A DNA stretch of 64,000 nucleotides from Cyclobacteriaceae bacterium (GCA_012033595.1 JAAUQL010000012.1:7208-71207); one strand, 5' to 3'; positions 41,761 to 51,267 are shown, numbered from the stretch's first letter. Made by a program: numbers and translations. Notes: generated by a model from the letters alone, not told the origin.

Positions 41761-42408
41761 TTAAAATTTACGTGATACACCTAATGAAAATGACGGAACT
41801 ACAACCTGATAAACAATAGGTTCGGTTTTTATCACGCTGCCAAGAGTTGAGGATAAACCAATGTTTAGATTTATCAGATGTAATTTATCTACTTTAACCT
41901 TAATGCCAGAACCTATTAGTAAACCGCTCTGCCAAGAATTAAACCATGCGCTTACATTTTCATCTGAAACGAATAGTTCATCGCTGGTCTTAGCATTTAT
42001 CAATCTTCCCAAGCTATAGCCCAAATGAATATCGAACCTAAGCCTTTGTCTTTCGAACGCAGCATATCCTATGAGAAAATTAGAATTTATATAATTAACA
42101 TTGGTTTGCCGTATAGATTTGTAGCCGCCACCTTCCGGAGAATAAGCCAATTGTAATTCGGCATAGAATCTTTTTAAGAGATAGTATCGCCCAAAACATG
42201 AAACACCTACCCGAAAACGACTACCTGATGGAGAAAATCCAAAATCTATCGGGTGCCCGTGCGAAAATTTTGGAGAATTAAGGAGTAGATATAAACCAAG
42301 TTCAACCTTTGTAAATATGTATTCATCCTTCGTAGAATCACCTTGCTGGCCTTTAACAACTGGAGCCAGGCATAAAAGAATAATGATGATAATTGATATT
42401 TTTTGCAT
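41761..42408 (-). CDS. Outer-membrane beta-barrel (porin/PorT-like) protein
   Basis: Signal peptide; AELQLAYSPEGG..NYI; C-terminal FSLGVSRKF. Confidence 0.65.
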   Translation of the reverse strand: MQKISIIIIILLCLAPVVKGQQGDSTKDEYIFTKVELGLYLLLNSPKFSHGHPIDFGFSPSGSRFRVGVSCFGRYYLLKRFYAELQLAYSPEGGGYKSIRQTNVNYINSNFLIGYAAFERQRLRFDIHLGYSLGRLINAKTSDELFVSDENVSAWFNSWQSGLLIGSGIKVKVDKLHLINLNIGLSSTLGSVIKTEPIVYQVVVPSFSLGVSRKF

Positions 42409-42474
42409 AAGGGCTAATAATTAATGTCATTTTCATTTATGCAGCAAAAATATATTCAATCAATGAATACCAAT

Positions 42475-42488
42475 TTGACCTAAGTCAA
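42475..42488. promoter_or_regulatory. Crp/Fnr-type operator palindrome
   Basis: TTGAC-CTAA-GTCAA just after the Crp/Fnr gene stop and upstream of a minus-strand TATTTTTG -7 element at 42445-42452. Confidence 0.7.
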
Positions 42489-42489
42489 T

Positions 42490-43053
42490 TCAACTTATCT
42501 TTTTTCTAATCCGGCTTAAACGCTCCTTAGAAATACCCAGGTAGGATGCCATGTATTTTAAGGGAATCAGAGAGGCTTCTTTTGGCTGACGTTGCAATAA
42601 TTTTAAATATCGCTGCTCTGCTGTAAGTATTTTTGATTCAATACTTCGATAAGTAAGTATCTCGATATAATTACTGAGAAGTTTTTCGGTTAAGGTACTT
42701 ACTATAGGATTTCTAAGAAAGTATTTTTCAAACTCATTTTTTCTGACAACTAATATTTCACTGTCTTGCAATGCTTCAATACACTCTTTAGTGGGAGTTC
42801 CATGAATATAAGCAAAGGGGGAAGTATCGAAATCTCCTTTAAATGAAAACCCAACTGTAACTTCTTCATTTTGAAACCATCTGAATGCTCTAAAACAACC
42901 ACTTAGCACAATCCAGAAAAAGTCGACTTTTTGACCTTCTAAGACAATAATATCCGCTGCCTCAATTGTTCTTTTTTTGCCTATTAGTTCAAATAAAGCC
43001 AGAAGTTGTCTTTCCTCATTCTCTGCAAAAATATTATTTGGATTTAGTGTCAT
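42490..43053 (-). CDS. Crp/Fnr family transcriptional regulator
   Basis: LEGQ..VLSGCFRAF, IEALQDS, TAEQRY, IPLKYMASYLGISKERLSRIR. Confidence 0.9.
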   Translation of the reverse strand: MTLNPNNIFAENEERQLLALFELIGKKRTIEAADIIVLEGQKVDFFWIVLSGCFRAFRWFQNEEVTVGFSFKGDFDTSPFAYIHGTPTKECIEALQDSEILVVRKNEFEKYFLRNPIVSTLTEKLLSNYIEILTYRSIESKILTAEQRYLKLLQRQPKEASLIPLKYMASYLGISKERLSRIRKKIS

Positions 43054-43107
43054 GGTGAGTCTCGTACAATGCCCGCAAACGTTCAAGGCTATACGCAGGC
43101 AAAGTTT

Positions 43108-43827
43108 TTTACGTATGTCTGATAAAATGAGCCTGATCTGTGTAATCTAGGATGTGGGCTATTTCCGTCAATTTAAAATCTGAATTTTTAATAAGCTCAT
43201 TGCTTCCCTGAAATGGGTTATTTTTACAAAATGACGAGGAGAAACCCCAATGGTTTGCTTGTACCGTCTCTGAAGCTTCCGTTCAGAAGTATTATAATAG
43301 CTTACCAGATCGCGCACATTGAGTATTCCCTTGCTCTGCTGAATTTTAAGAACACTATCTTTTACCAACAGGTCTGTACCATGTGTATGCTTTAATCGTG
43401 CACGTAAAAAATCAAAGAGAATATTGACCTGCTGCTGAAGATCAGGGGTGCTGATGATGTGATTTGTAATGTTCCATCCAGCAAAGTCATCCAGAAAAAT
43501 CTCCTGATCGGTTAATTCAGAGGCATCAATACCAAAGAGCTCATAAATCCCATGGGGATGAAATACTGCGGCTACCGCAGAGAATCCCGAAACAGGCACA
43601 TTGGACTTAGAGGCGGTTGACATTCCATATAGCATAGAGAAGGGAATGAACTGTCCACCTTCCATCATAGCACTTCTGCCATTGTCATGTTGAACCACAA
43701 AACAAGATGCATCATTGACCAGGGTGCTAATTTGCAAGTTCTGATGAATATGATCCATCTTATATCCCCCAAAATATTTTACATAGGGAGCCAGTTCGGC
43801 AGGAGGTGGTACAATTAAATAGTTCAT
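43108..43827 (-). pseudogene. AraC-family regulator, C-terminal HTH frameshifted and truncated
   Basis: PPAELAPYVK, FHPHG, SERKLQRRYKQTIGVSP; second HTH LTEIAHILDYTDQAHFIRHT* is in another frame and stops before the usual end. Confidence 0.6.
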
Positions 43828-44025
43828 CGGTCTTATGAATACTGCAACGATAGAGACGTATAAAACTTCATTTCTTTCATCTGATCATCTAATAATATTC
43901 ATCCATAAACGTTTTTGTCGCACAATTGGTTGATCATAACCAGACTCAATAAAAGTCTGATAGAAAAGATTTGATAAGCGGCTATCATTAATGTAAATGA
44001 TCATATCCTCTAATAGAAGCACCAA

Positions 44026-45306
44026 TTATTTTAAGCCAAGGTTCAATCTGAGGTTTACCCCTGCTGTACTAAAGGATAATTCGCTACTGCTCAATCTGCT
44101 CAATGGATGCTTGTAATAAGGTTCTACAATTAAACGCAACTGGCTATTTAATTTATAGGAGTATCCAAACGAAAGGTTTAACTGTCCGGCAAGGTCAAAC
44201 TGCTCAAATGCTTCAGATTGCCTTATCTCTGTCTCGGAAATCTGGACAGTCTGATAAACTTCAACAAGTTTCCCATTCTGACCTTCCTGATAGGTGGTTA
44301 TGATATTTGGTATAAGAAATTCCGATTCGGTTTTTTCTCCCAGGTATGCCAGAGAGGATACACCTACTGCCACATACATAGCATTATCTTTTCGTTCCGA
44401 AAAAGTATATCTTATGTTCACCGGAATGTCCAGGTTCAACAAATCAGTGGTTACAGACTGCAAAGCTTTGGAACCGGTAAGTACTGAAGGGTTTTCATTG
44501 ACCTCACTGGTCAACGTTTGATCTGATAGATGTACTCCGGTGTATAGCGCAAATTTTTCATTAAAGGGGATTTCCGTAGTCAAACCGCCACCTACCCCAG
44601 GTTGTGGAGATGATGTCCCCGGTGAAGAGCTCATCAATGATGATAAGACGATGCCAAAGACAATTGGGGTGTTATTGGTTTTAGCCTCTAATTCCTCCAT
44701 ATTCTGCTTAGCAAGCAAATGCTCTTCTAATGAAGATTGAGTCATGGTAGTATGATTTGTTACCAGACTGGGAATAGTTTGTGGTGATAGATTGAAGGAT
44801 AACCCTATTGGGGAAATCTTTTCAAGATTTAGAACCAAAGGATTTATTTTAGCACCCTCCTCTTTGGCATTAGTATTATTGTAGAACTGATTATTGGATG
44901 CTATAAATACATCTGTTTTGCCGGACGGCTGCTCTGATTGTTTTTTGACTTTAGTATCAGTTTCTGATGATATTAGGTTCTGAAGTGACGACCCTTCATC
45001 AGAGTCTAAAGCATTGTCAGCATTCGTAATATCTTTTTCTTTCTGTTCAAGGGTATCTTTTTCAACTGCTTGCCGGTAAATAATTGTCTCTTGAGATGCG
45101 CCAGGAAAAAGTTCATTCTGGAACAATACAGCAAATACAATAAGCGATATGGAAGCTGCAATTCCTGCCGCTTTATAAAAAATAATAAAACTTCGCTTAC
45201 GATTACGTTTTTGTTCAAACCTTTCCCAGGCACCTTTTTCATATGGAACTTCGTAGTCGGTTAAAATCTTTCGGACTTCAATTCTATGGTGATTTTTATC
45301 TTCCAT
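44026..45306 (-). CDS. Putative anti-sigma factor with TM helix, low-complexity linker and C-terminal outer-membrane beta-barrel
   Basis: YEVPYEKGAWERF; TM AAGIAASISLIVFAVLF; S/E/N/K-rich linker; LDIPVNIRY, VEPYYKHPL, AGVNLRLNL; overlaps the ECF sigma stop. Confidence 0.75.
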   Translation of the reverse strand: MEDKNHHRIEVRKILTDYEVPYEKGAWERFEQKRNRKRSFIIFYKAAGIAASISLIVFAVLFQNELFPGASQETIIYRQAVEKDTLEQKEKDITNADNALDSDEGSSLQNLISSETDTKVKKQSEQPSGKTDVFIASNNQFYNNTNAKEEGAKINPLVLNLEKISPIGLSFNLSPQTIPSLVTNHTTMTQSSLEEHLLAKQNMEELEAKTNNTPIVFGIVLSSLMSSSPGTSSPQPGVGGGLTTEIPFNEKFALYTGVHLSDQTLTSEVNENPSVLTGSKALQSVTTDLLNLDIPVNIRYTFSERKDNAMYVAVGVSSLAYLGEKTESEFLIPNIITTYQEGQNGKLVEVYQTVQISETEIRQSEAFEQFDLAGQLNLSFGYSYKLNSQLRLIVEPYYKHPLSRLSSSELSFSTAGVNLRLNLGLK

Positions 45307-45886
45307 TGTCTATTCCAAAGTAAGCATGACATAACTCTCTCAACCTTTGCTTTGCCCTGGTGAGATATACCCTGGAAGAACTTTCAGGAATGCCTAACTG
45401 GGTGGCAATTTCCTGATGGCTGTATCCCTCTATTTCATAGAGATTAAAAGTATAACGCTGTATATCTGGTAACAGAGCAATAATTTGTAATAGATCCTCA
45501 GCTGACAGTTTGGAAAAAGCACTTTCATTTGATGTAACAAAAAAGTGGTCAATTTCAATATAATGAGAGTGGCGTTTATTTCTTCGCAAATGATCTAAGG
45601 CAGAATTGATGGTAATTTTTCTTAACCAACCCTTAAATGATTGTTGCAAGTCAAATTTGTTGATGTGAGAAAAAACTTTCATAAAAGTATCATTCGTAAT
45701 TTCCTGGGCATCTTTTTTATCAGAAGCATAACGTAAACAAATGGCCATAACAAATCCATAAAAATGCTTGTAAAGCTTCTCTTCAGAATGATTGATGCCT
45801 TGCTGGCAAGCATGAACAAGTAGGGCTTCAATCTGAGGACGTTTAAATTCGTCAGAGGATACCTCCGGGTTTGATTCTTTATACAC
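45296..45886 (-). CDS. ECF sigma-70 factor
   Basis: LYKHFY..ICLRYA..DTFMKVF..FKGWLRKI..FNLYEIEGYSHQEIA..SSRVYLTRAK. Confidence 0.93.
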   Translation of the reverse strand: MYKESNPEVSSDEFKRPQIEALLVHACQQGINHSEEKLYKHFYGFVMAICLRYASDKKDAQEITNDTFMKVFSHINKFDLQQSFKGWLRKITINSALDHLRRNKRHSHYIEIDHFFVTSNESAFSKLSAEDLLQIIALLPDIQRYTFNLYEIEGYSHQEIATQLGIPESSSRVYLTRAKQRLRELCHAYFGIDNGR

Positions 45887-45943
45887 TTTTTTTCGTCATG
45901 ATCACAGCGCATCCCGGACTGTTCCGGGAGCGCTGAAAATACA

Positions 45944-46462
45944 TTAGCCGTTGGACACAGTTTCATCACAATTGCCCTCACAAGTGACACCTTGAAGGGA
46001 AGATGCGTTGGCGACATGAAAAATTGTTTCTTTCACCAATTGCTCGTCACCAATAAATCCTACCAAGTCAATTGTGATCACCTTTCGGACAGTCTCATCC
46101 AGGATGAACTTATTGGGACAACCAGTGGCCTGAAATTTAAGGAACAGTGTAGCCTGCATAGGGTATGATTCCATGATAGCCCCATCCCAAATCACATGAA
46201 AAGTACCTTCACAACCTTTTGCATATGAGACTTCTACTTTTAGCGTATCTCCAGTTCGCTGAATGTGGTCAATTGAAAATGGACTGCTATAGTCATCGGA
46301 ACGGAGGCGGCTGGCCTCATCAAACATAGCTTTGTTTTTGTAAAAATTTACCGGTTCAGAACCCAGTATAATGGGTTCATTGGTAGCTTCAAGGTCATCC
46401 TGACAGGATGTGATGCTTCCTATCAGAATCAATAGCAAGCAAAAAAACAGTTTCTTTTTCAT
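45944..46462 (-). CDS. Lipoprotein with NigD C-terminal-like domain
   Basis: Lipobox ITSC; GDTLKVEVSY.KGC..F.VIWDGAIMESYPMQA. Confidence 0.6.
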   Translation of the reverse strand: MKKKLFFCLLLILIGSITSCQDDLEATNEPIILGSEPVNFYKNKAMFDEASRLRSDDYSSPFSIDHIQRTGDTLKVEVSYAKGCEGTFHVIWDGAIMESYPMQATLFLKFQATGCPNKFILDETVRKVITIDLVGFIGDEQLVKETIFHVANASSLQGVTCEGNCDETVSNG

Positions 46463-46496
46463 TTTTTGTTCGTTTTATAGTACAACATGCTCCCAA

Positions 46497-46523
46497 TACG
46501 TCCGCCTTGATCAAAACGCTACA
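46497..46523 (-). promoter_or_regulatory. Putative ECF autoregulatory promoter
   Basis: Minus strand TGTAGC-N17-CGTA, 35 bp upstream of the lipoprotein-sigma-anti-sigma operon. Confidence 0.5.
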
Positions 46524-47174
46524 GCAGAATTAAAGAAATTGGAGTTGATTGATTTAATCAAGCTGAAGAGGTGCTTTGATCTTTCAATATTTTCAGGCCA
46601 CTGGATATGAAAGAGAGATTCTTCCGCAATGATCTCTAAAGAAAATGCTGAGAAATTGTATGTTTCCGACAGGTAGACAATTTGATATAAAGGAAGTGAG
46701 TGTAAAAAGATAAATAGCCCATGTCATCTAGCAGCTCTTTACCAAGAAGGTCAATATATATATATCAGCTGGATTTGCAACAAAAAACTGGACAAATTAT
46801 TAAGCCCGGTATTTATTTAATGTTCAACTGCACTAAACATTAATAGATGTAAAATACTCAATTTTAGCGATACAGCGCTCACTATCATTTATACATTGTT
46901 GAACTAAACCTCCCATTCGGGAGGTAGTCTGAGCATTCTGCATAAAATGAGTATCATGCCCATTATCAAATACATTTAGGACATGGATGACAGGTAGATA
47001 TTCATACCAGAAATCCACTTCAGGCAGATAGCCAAACAGGTCTTGCACAATACTTATCCCGGTTTGATCTTGAGACCGACCGAATCAAAGGGGACCTGTA
47101 CCATCTTCAAAAACGATACAAACCTCACAATAGAATACAATCTGACACCCACTACAAAAAAATCCGAACTAGAA

Positions 47175-47202
47175 GGGTGGGTAGACCCCTTGCCCTGGTG
47201 TA
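47175..47202 (+). promoter_or_regulatory. Conserved upstream motif, copy 3 (weaker)
   Basis: GGGTGGGTAG-N13-GTGTA, 52 bp upstream of 47255. Confidence 0.45.
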
Positions 47203-47254
47203 AACAAAATAAGCGCGCTTATACTGTTTTGTTTACATTCTAAATTTTATCAAC

Positions 47255-47788
47255 ATGAAAAGTCTATTGAAATTATCTTTGATCCTGCTGCCTTTTTTGG
47301 CAGCAGGTGAGATACAGGCTCAGTGTAGCATTACTACTGATGGAGACCCAAACGCTTGTCCATCCAGCAATTTATCAGCACGGTTGGAGTTTTATGAACT
47401 TCCAGGTCAACCCCCTACAGGTATGAATCCCAATCCGGCACGGATTATTACCAGTGCAAGCCAGCTACAACCCAATACACAATACAGGTTGTATATATTT
47501 CACGACAGTTTTCCCAATGAAAATGTAATCGCTTGTATGGGCAATCCCATAGGATTTTTACCGTCCGGCTTTACACCATTTTGCCCCACATGTAGGGATA
47601 TGGGTAGTTTTGCTTATTTTCTCATCACTACCAATCCAAGTTACCAACCAGGGGATCAACTGACGTTTGCTATTTATGTGGGTTGCTCACAAGATAAAAG
47701 TTGTGGATCAACATATTGTGGAAGCCCTTACGAAATTGAGTATGTATTATTTGGATCTGATCCCGAAGCATCATTCTCCCTTCCTTAA
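47255..47788 (+). CDS. Secreted cysteine-rich hypothetical protein
   Basis: Signal peptide (AQA-like cleavage), eight Cys including CPTC. Confidence 0.65.
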   Translation: MKSLLKLSLILLPFLAAGEIQAQCSITTDGDPNACPSSNLSARLEFYELPGQPPTGMNPNPARIITSASQLQPNTQYRLYIFHDSFPNENVIACMGNPIGFLPSGFTPFCPTCRDMGSFAYFLITTNPSYQPGDQLTFAIYVGCSQDKSCGSTYCGSPYEIEYVLFGSDPEASFSLP

Positions 47789-47821
47789 TCTATCTGTCGA
47801 AATCCTTTAAATTATAATACG

Positions 47822-48349
47822 ATGAAACATGCAATCTTATTTAGTGTTGGCGTGATGTTCTTTTTGTGTTCCTGTGAACAGGAGTTGGCTGAAATAACTA
47901 GTGATGACCAATTCGCAGATGATGGGAAAGTAGCTAACGTTCACTCAGAAATGGCTTATATTACTACAGATCCCGATGAGTATCTGCACCTTTTGGCCTC
48001 CAATGAAGTTTTTCAAGATTTTCGGGAGCATTTGGGAGACCAATTTACCTTGAAGAATTTCCGGATATTCCCAGCAGCAAAAACTGATAACAGTATTGTC
48101 CATATACCTGTTATCCTGGAATCATCAGGTTTTATGTCGGTAGTAGCTATTATTGGGAACAAAGAAGTACAGGATGTTTATTTGCTTAATACAGCGCAAA
48201 GCAGTGTTACATCCGGTATTCAAATCAATCTGTATGACCATGAGTATAAACTCACCTATTCTGAACAGATAGAGGATGATGAATTGATGTCTGAGAAAAA
48301 GGTGGCTGAAATAGAAAGAATAGATCATATCATATATCATTTATTCTGA
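47822..48349 (+). CDS. Hypothetical lipoprotein
   Basis: Lipobox LCSC followed by acidic residues. Confidence 0.6.
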   Translation: MKHAILFSVGVMFFLCSCEQELAEITSDDQFADDGKVANVHSEMAYITTDPDEYLHLLASNEVFQDFREHLGDQFTLKNFRIFPAAKTDNSIVHIPVILESSGFMSVVAIIGNKEVQDVYLLNTAQSSVTSGIQINLYDHEYKLTYSEQIEDDELMSEKKVAEIERIDHIIYHLF

Positions 48350-48417
48350 GTAATTTTTTAAGCAAGGCAGACGTTAATATAACTTCTGTCTTACTTAATA
48401 CCTTTTGATGTGCGATT

Positions 48418-49920
48418 ATGAAACTAAGCGTATATTTGCAGTTTACACTAATCATTATTTCTTTTGGTATGCCGGCATACGCCCAGCTGGAAACTGCTCA
48501 CTGGTTTTTTGGCAAGAAAGGCCTTAATTTTCAGCAATTACCTCCACAGCTGATCACCAACCACAATGTTTTAAGAGCCGACCAACCTGTGGTATTGAGC
48601 GACCCCGGTACAGGTGATTTGCTGTTTTATAGTGACGGCAACATGGTATGGAACCGGAATCATACCGCTATGTCAAATGGATACAATTTGCAAGGTCATT
48701 CACATACTAGCGGACATTCTTATTTAGCGGTACCGTTTCCCGACGATGCAGATAGGTATTATCTGTTCACCATGAGTTATTTTGGGGAAGCAAAACATGG
48801 AGGCTTAAGTGTTTTTTCCTTGTATTATTCGGAGATCGATATGGACCGTAACAATGGCCTGGGCGAAGTAACACAGAAAAACATGCATGTGTTTGACAGT
48901 CTTGGAAGTGTTATAACGGCTATCCCCTTCGCCAATCGGCAGGGTTATTGGCTCATTGCCACCAAAACTGAAGAGGAACATTGCTTTGTGATATGGCCGG
49001 TTACTGCAGTAGGCATCGGAAACCCGGTAAAGCAATGCACCGGCCTACGCCCCTTAAATACTGCAATGACTTTCAATCCAAGAATGAAACCCTCGCCCGA
49101 TGGAAAGATGCTGGCCCTGTCTCATCATATACTCGGTACCGGGCCGTTGTATTTGTGCCGTTTCAATGATACTACCGGCATTGTATCTGAACCCCTAGCC
49201 ATAGGGAATTTGGGATGGCAAGGTGGTATCTCATTTTCACCAGACAGCAAACAGCTATATGTTGCAGCCTTGGATTCTACGACCTTACCTGGCTATGATC
49301 CTAACCTACATAATGTCTTGCACCAGTTTGATGTGAGTACCTACGATTCTCTTGCCATAGCTCGGACCTTAGCCTCAATAACCATACCCCATTTTCACTT
49401 CAATTTTGATCGAGTAGGTGATCTTCAATTGGGCTTAGATGGAAAACTGTATGCTTCAAGAATGTTTAGGCTTTCTGATAACCAAGCCACATCCCGTAGG
49501 TTTTTGGCCATAATCCAGGATCCAAACCAGCCTGGATTTAACAGCCAAATAAGATATGAGTCATTTCAAGGACAATATCCGTTACATTCCACTTTTCCCA
49601 ATTTTATGTCGCATTACTTCGAAGGGCTCACACCACAGGGAGGGAGCCCCGTCACTGATGCGCCTTGCCAAACGGCCAGAGCCTACTCCCTTTACCCCAA
49701 TCCCACGGATACAGATATAGCGATCAGCGTATCGGAGGAGTGCTTTCAACCCTACATATTGAGTATCTATAATGCAGTCGGACAATTGTTGCTTGATAAT
49801 TATCGTGTAAATGAGCAGGCCAGTGAAACCATAGAAGTAAGCGCTCTGGCCAGTGGTGTGTACTTTGCGGTAATATCCGCAGAAGGGAAAAAAATTGGAA
49901 AAAAGTTTGTGAAGCGATAG
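48418..49920 (+). CDS. Beta-propeller protein with T9SS type A CTD
   Basis: WFFG..GLNF, LLFYSDG, SPDGK, FSPDSK, LQLGLDGKLY; C-terminal LYPNPT..SGVYF..KKFVKR. Confidence 0.82.
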   Translation: MKLSVYLQFTLIIISFGMPAYAQLETAHWFFGKKGLNFQQLPPQLITNHNVLRADQPVVLSDPGTGDLLFYSDGNMVWNRNHTAMSNGYNLQGHSHTSGHSYLAVPFPDDADRYYLFTMSYFGEAKHGGLSVFSLYYSEIDMDRNNGLGEVTQKNMHVFDSLGSVITAIPFANRQGYWLIATKTEEEHCFVIWPVTAVGIGNPVKQCTGLRPLNTAMTFNPRMKPSPDGKMLALSHHILGTGPLYLCRFNDTTGIVSEPLAIGNLGWQGGISFSPDSKQLYVAALDSTTLPGYDPNLHNVLHQFDVSTYDSLAIARTLASITIPHFHFNFDRVGDLQLGLDGKLYASRMFRLSDNQATSRRFLAIIQDPNQPGFNSQIRYESFQGQYPLHSTFPNFMSHYFEGLTPQGGSPVTDAPCQTARAYSLYPNPTDTDIAISVSEECFQPYILSIYNAVGQLLLDNYRVNEQASETIEVSALASGVYFAVISAEGKKIGKKFVKR

Positions 49921-50068
49921 TTGTAATATGGCAATCTTCAATGTTATATCAACTTGACAGGTTCTAGTCTATTGATTTCATTTAAAAAATTGAACAGTTT
50001 GCTATATGATTTGAGGAAACCAAAATTCAAAAAATTAAATAGATCGCAATGTAATAGATAAAATTTAG

Positions 50069-50743
50069 TTAAATCTTACTCGCCTCAAAGATAAAAGAGA
50101 ACAGAACAATATTGTTCAGGTATGACTTCAAATGACGCCGAAGGTGTTTCAAAGCTTTGGTAATTTGTTTTTCTACCACTTTTTTTGAAATATTCAGATG
50201 CCTGGCAATCTCTATATAGCTCATTTCCCCTGAACGGCTTAGATTAAAGATTAATTTGCACTTGGGAGGCAATGAATCTATTGCCAGCTTGGCCAAGCGC
50301 TCCAGGTCTTCGCGTTCTAACGAATCTTGTCCAAGATTTCTGGTGATTTCATCGATGGCTTGCAAGGGAAGGACATTTCGTGTTTTTCGGTTGTCTCGAA
50401 GATAATTAAGGGAACGGTTAACTACAGCTCTCGCAAGGAAAGGTGCAATTGGATCTTTAAGTCCTAGTCGATGACGTTTTGTCCAAATATTTAAAAACAT
50501 CTCCTGAACTATATCCTTGGCGGCTTCATTGTCCCCGACAATTTTAAAGGCCACTCTGATCATCCGATCAAAGTACAAATCATATAACAAATTAATGGAC
50601 TGCACATGATTTTTGCGCAACAATTCGAGGATGTCTTCATCACCTTTTTTGAAATGATCTGCCAACAAAGTATGGTTTTTAAAAATTTGTTTCCAATACA
50701 ATAAAGATAGGATAATTTCACATAAGTGTAGTTTATGGATCAT
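50069..50743 (-). CDS. ECF sigma-70 factor of the Bacteroidota FecI-like type; start may be downstream
   Basis: AKDIVQEMFLNIW, AVVNRSLNYLR, LPPKCKLIFNLSR, SY.EIA..LNISKKVVEKQITKALK and hydrophobic C-tail. Confidence 0.9.
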   Translation of the reverse strand: MIHKLHLCEIILSLLYWKQIFKNHTLLADHFKKGDEDILELLRKNHVQSINLLYDLYFDRMIRVAFKIVGDNEAAKDIVQEMFLNIWTKRHRLGLKDPIAPFLARAVVNRSLNYLRDNRKTRNVLPLQAIDEITRNLGQDSLEREDLERLAKLAIDSLPPKCKLIFNLSRSGEMSYIEIARHLNISKKVVEKQITKALKHLRRHLKSYLNNIVLFSFIFEASKI

Positions 50744-51267
50744 GATTTCAAAATACGTTACTCTAGATTGAGTTAAGTGGAATCAAGTTACCTTCCAAAA
50801 CACATACACCTTTCATTACAATGGACACCATTTAACATTTTCGTCAACAAGCGGAACAATACCATTTTTAACGTAGACCATGTTTTAGATTATCTGGAAA
50901 TTTGCCCACCATTTCCTGTGTTGCTGAAAAGGGTTTTTAGGTAAAAATGGATTTTTGAGAAGGAAGATTGCAATTAAAAGACCTTGCTCTGTACAATTCA
51001 AATCAGTTCTAAATGCTAAACTCCACTAGTTTCGCTTCTCAGTTGACACTCCGAATAAAACTTATTGTCCTTAGTTGACTATGTCGTCAGAAATTCTAAA
51101 AGGACAAATATATTAAGCAACAGTTTATGGAAATGCAGACATTGACGGGATTGAATAAAAATGCATGAAATATTTAAGCTATAAGCTTTGAAATTAAAAT
51201 TATATCCCACACTTTTGTTTTCGCTTAAATCAGCAGAATAAAATTTTAAAATTTATATATTATTTAA

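Noticed and set aside
46550..47150. ORFs 46833..47048 and 47043..47243
   Set aside because: Short, non-ATG starts, no recognisable motifs; possibly relic DNA
27561..51110. AAAAGGACAA near 27562, 35432 and 51098 as island att sites
   Set aside because: Short, low-complexity, includes an internal copy, and no integrase is present
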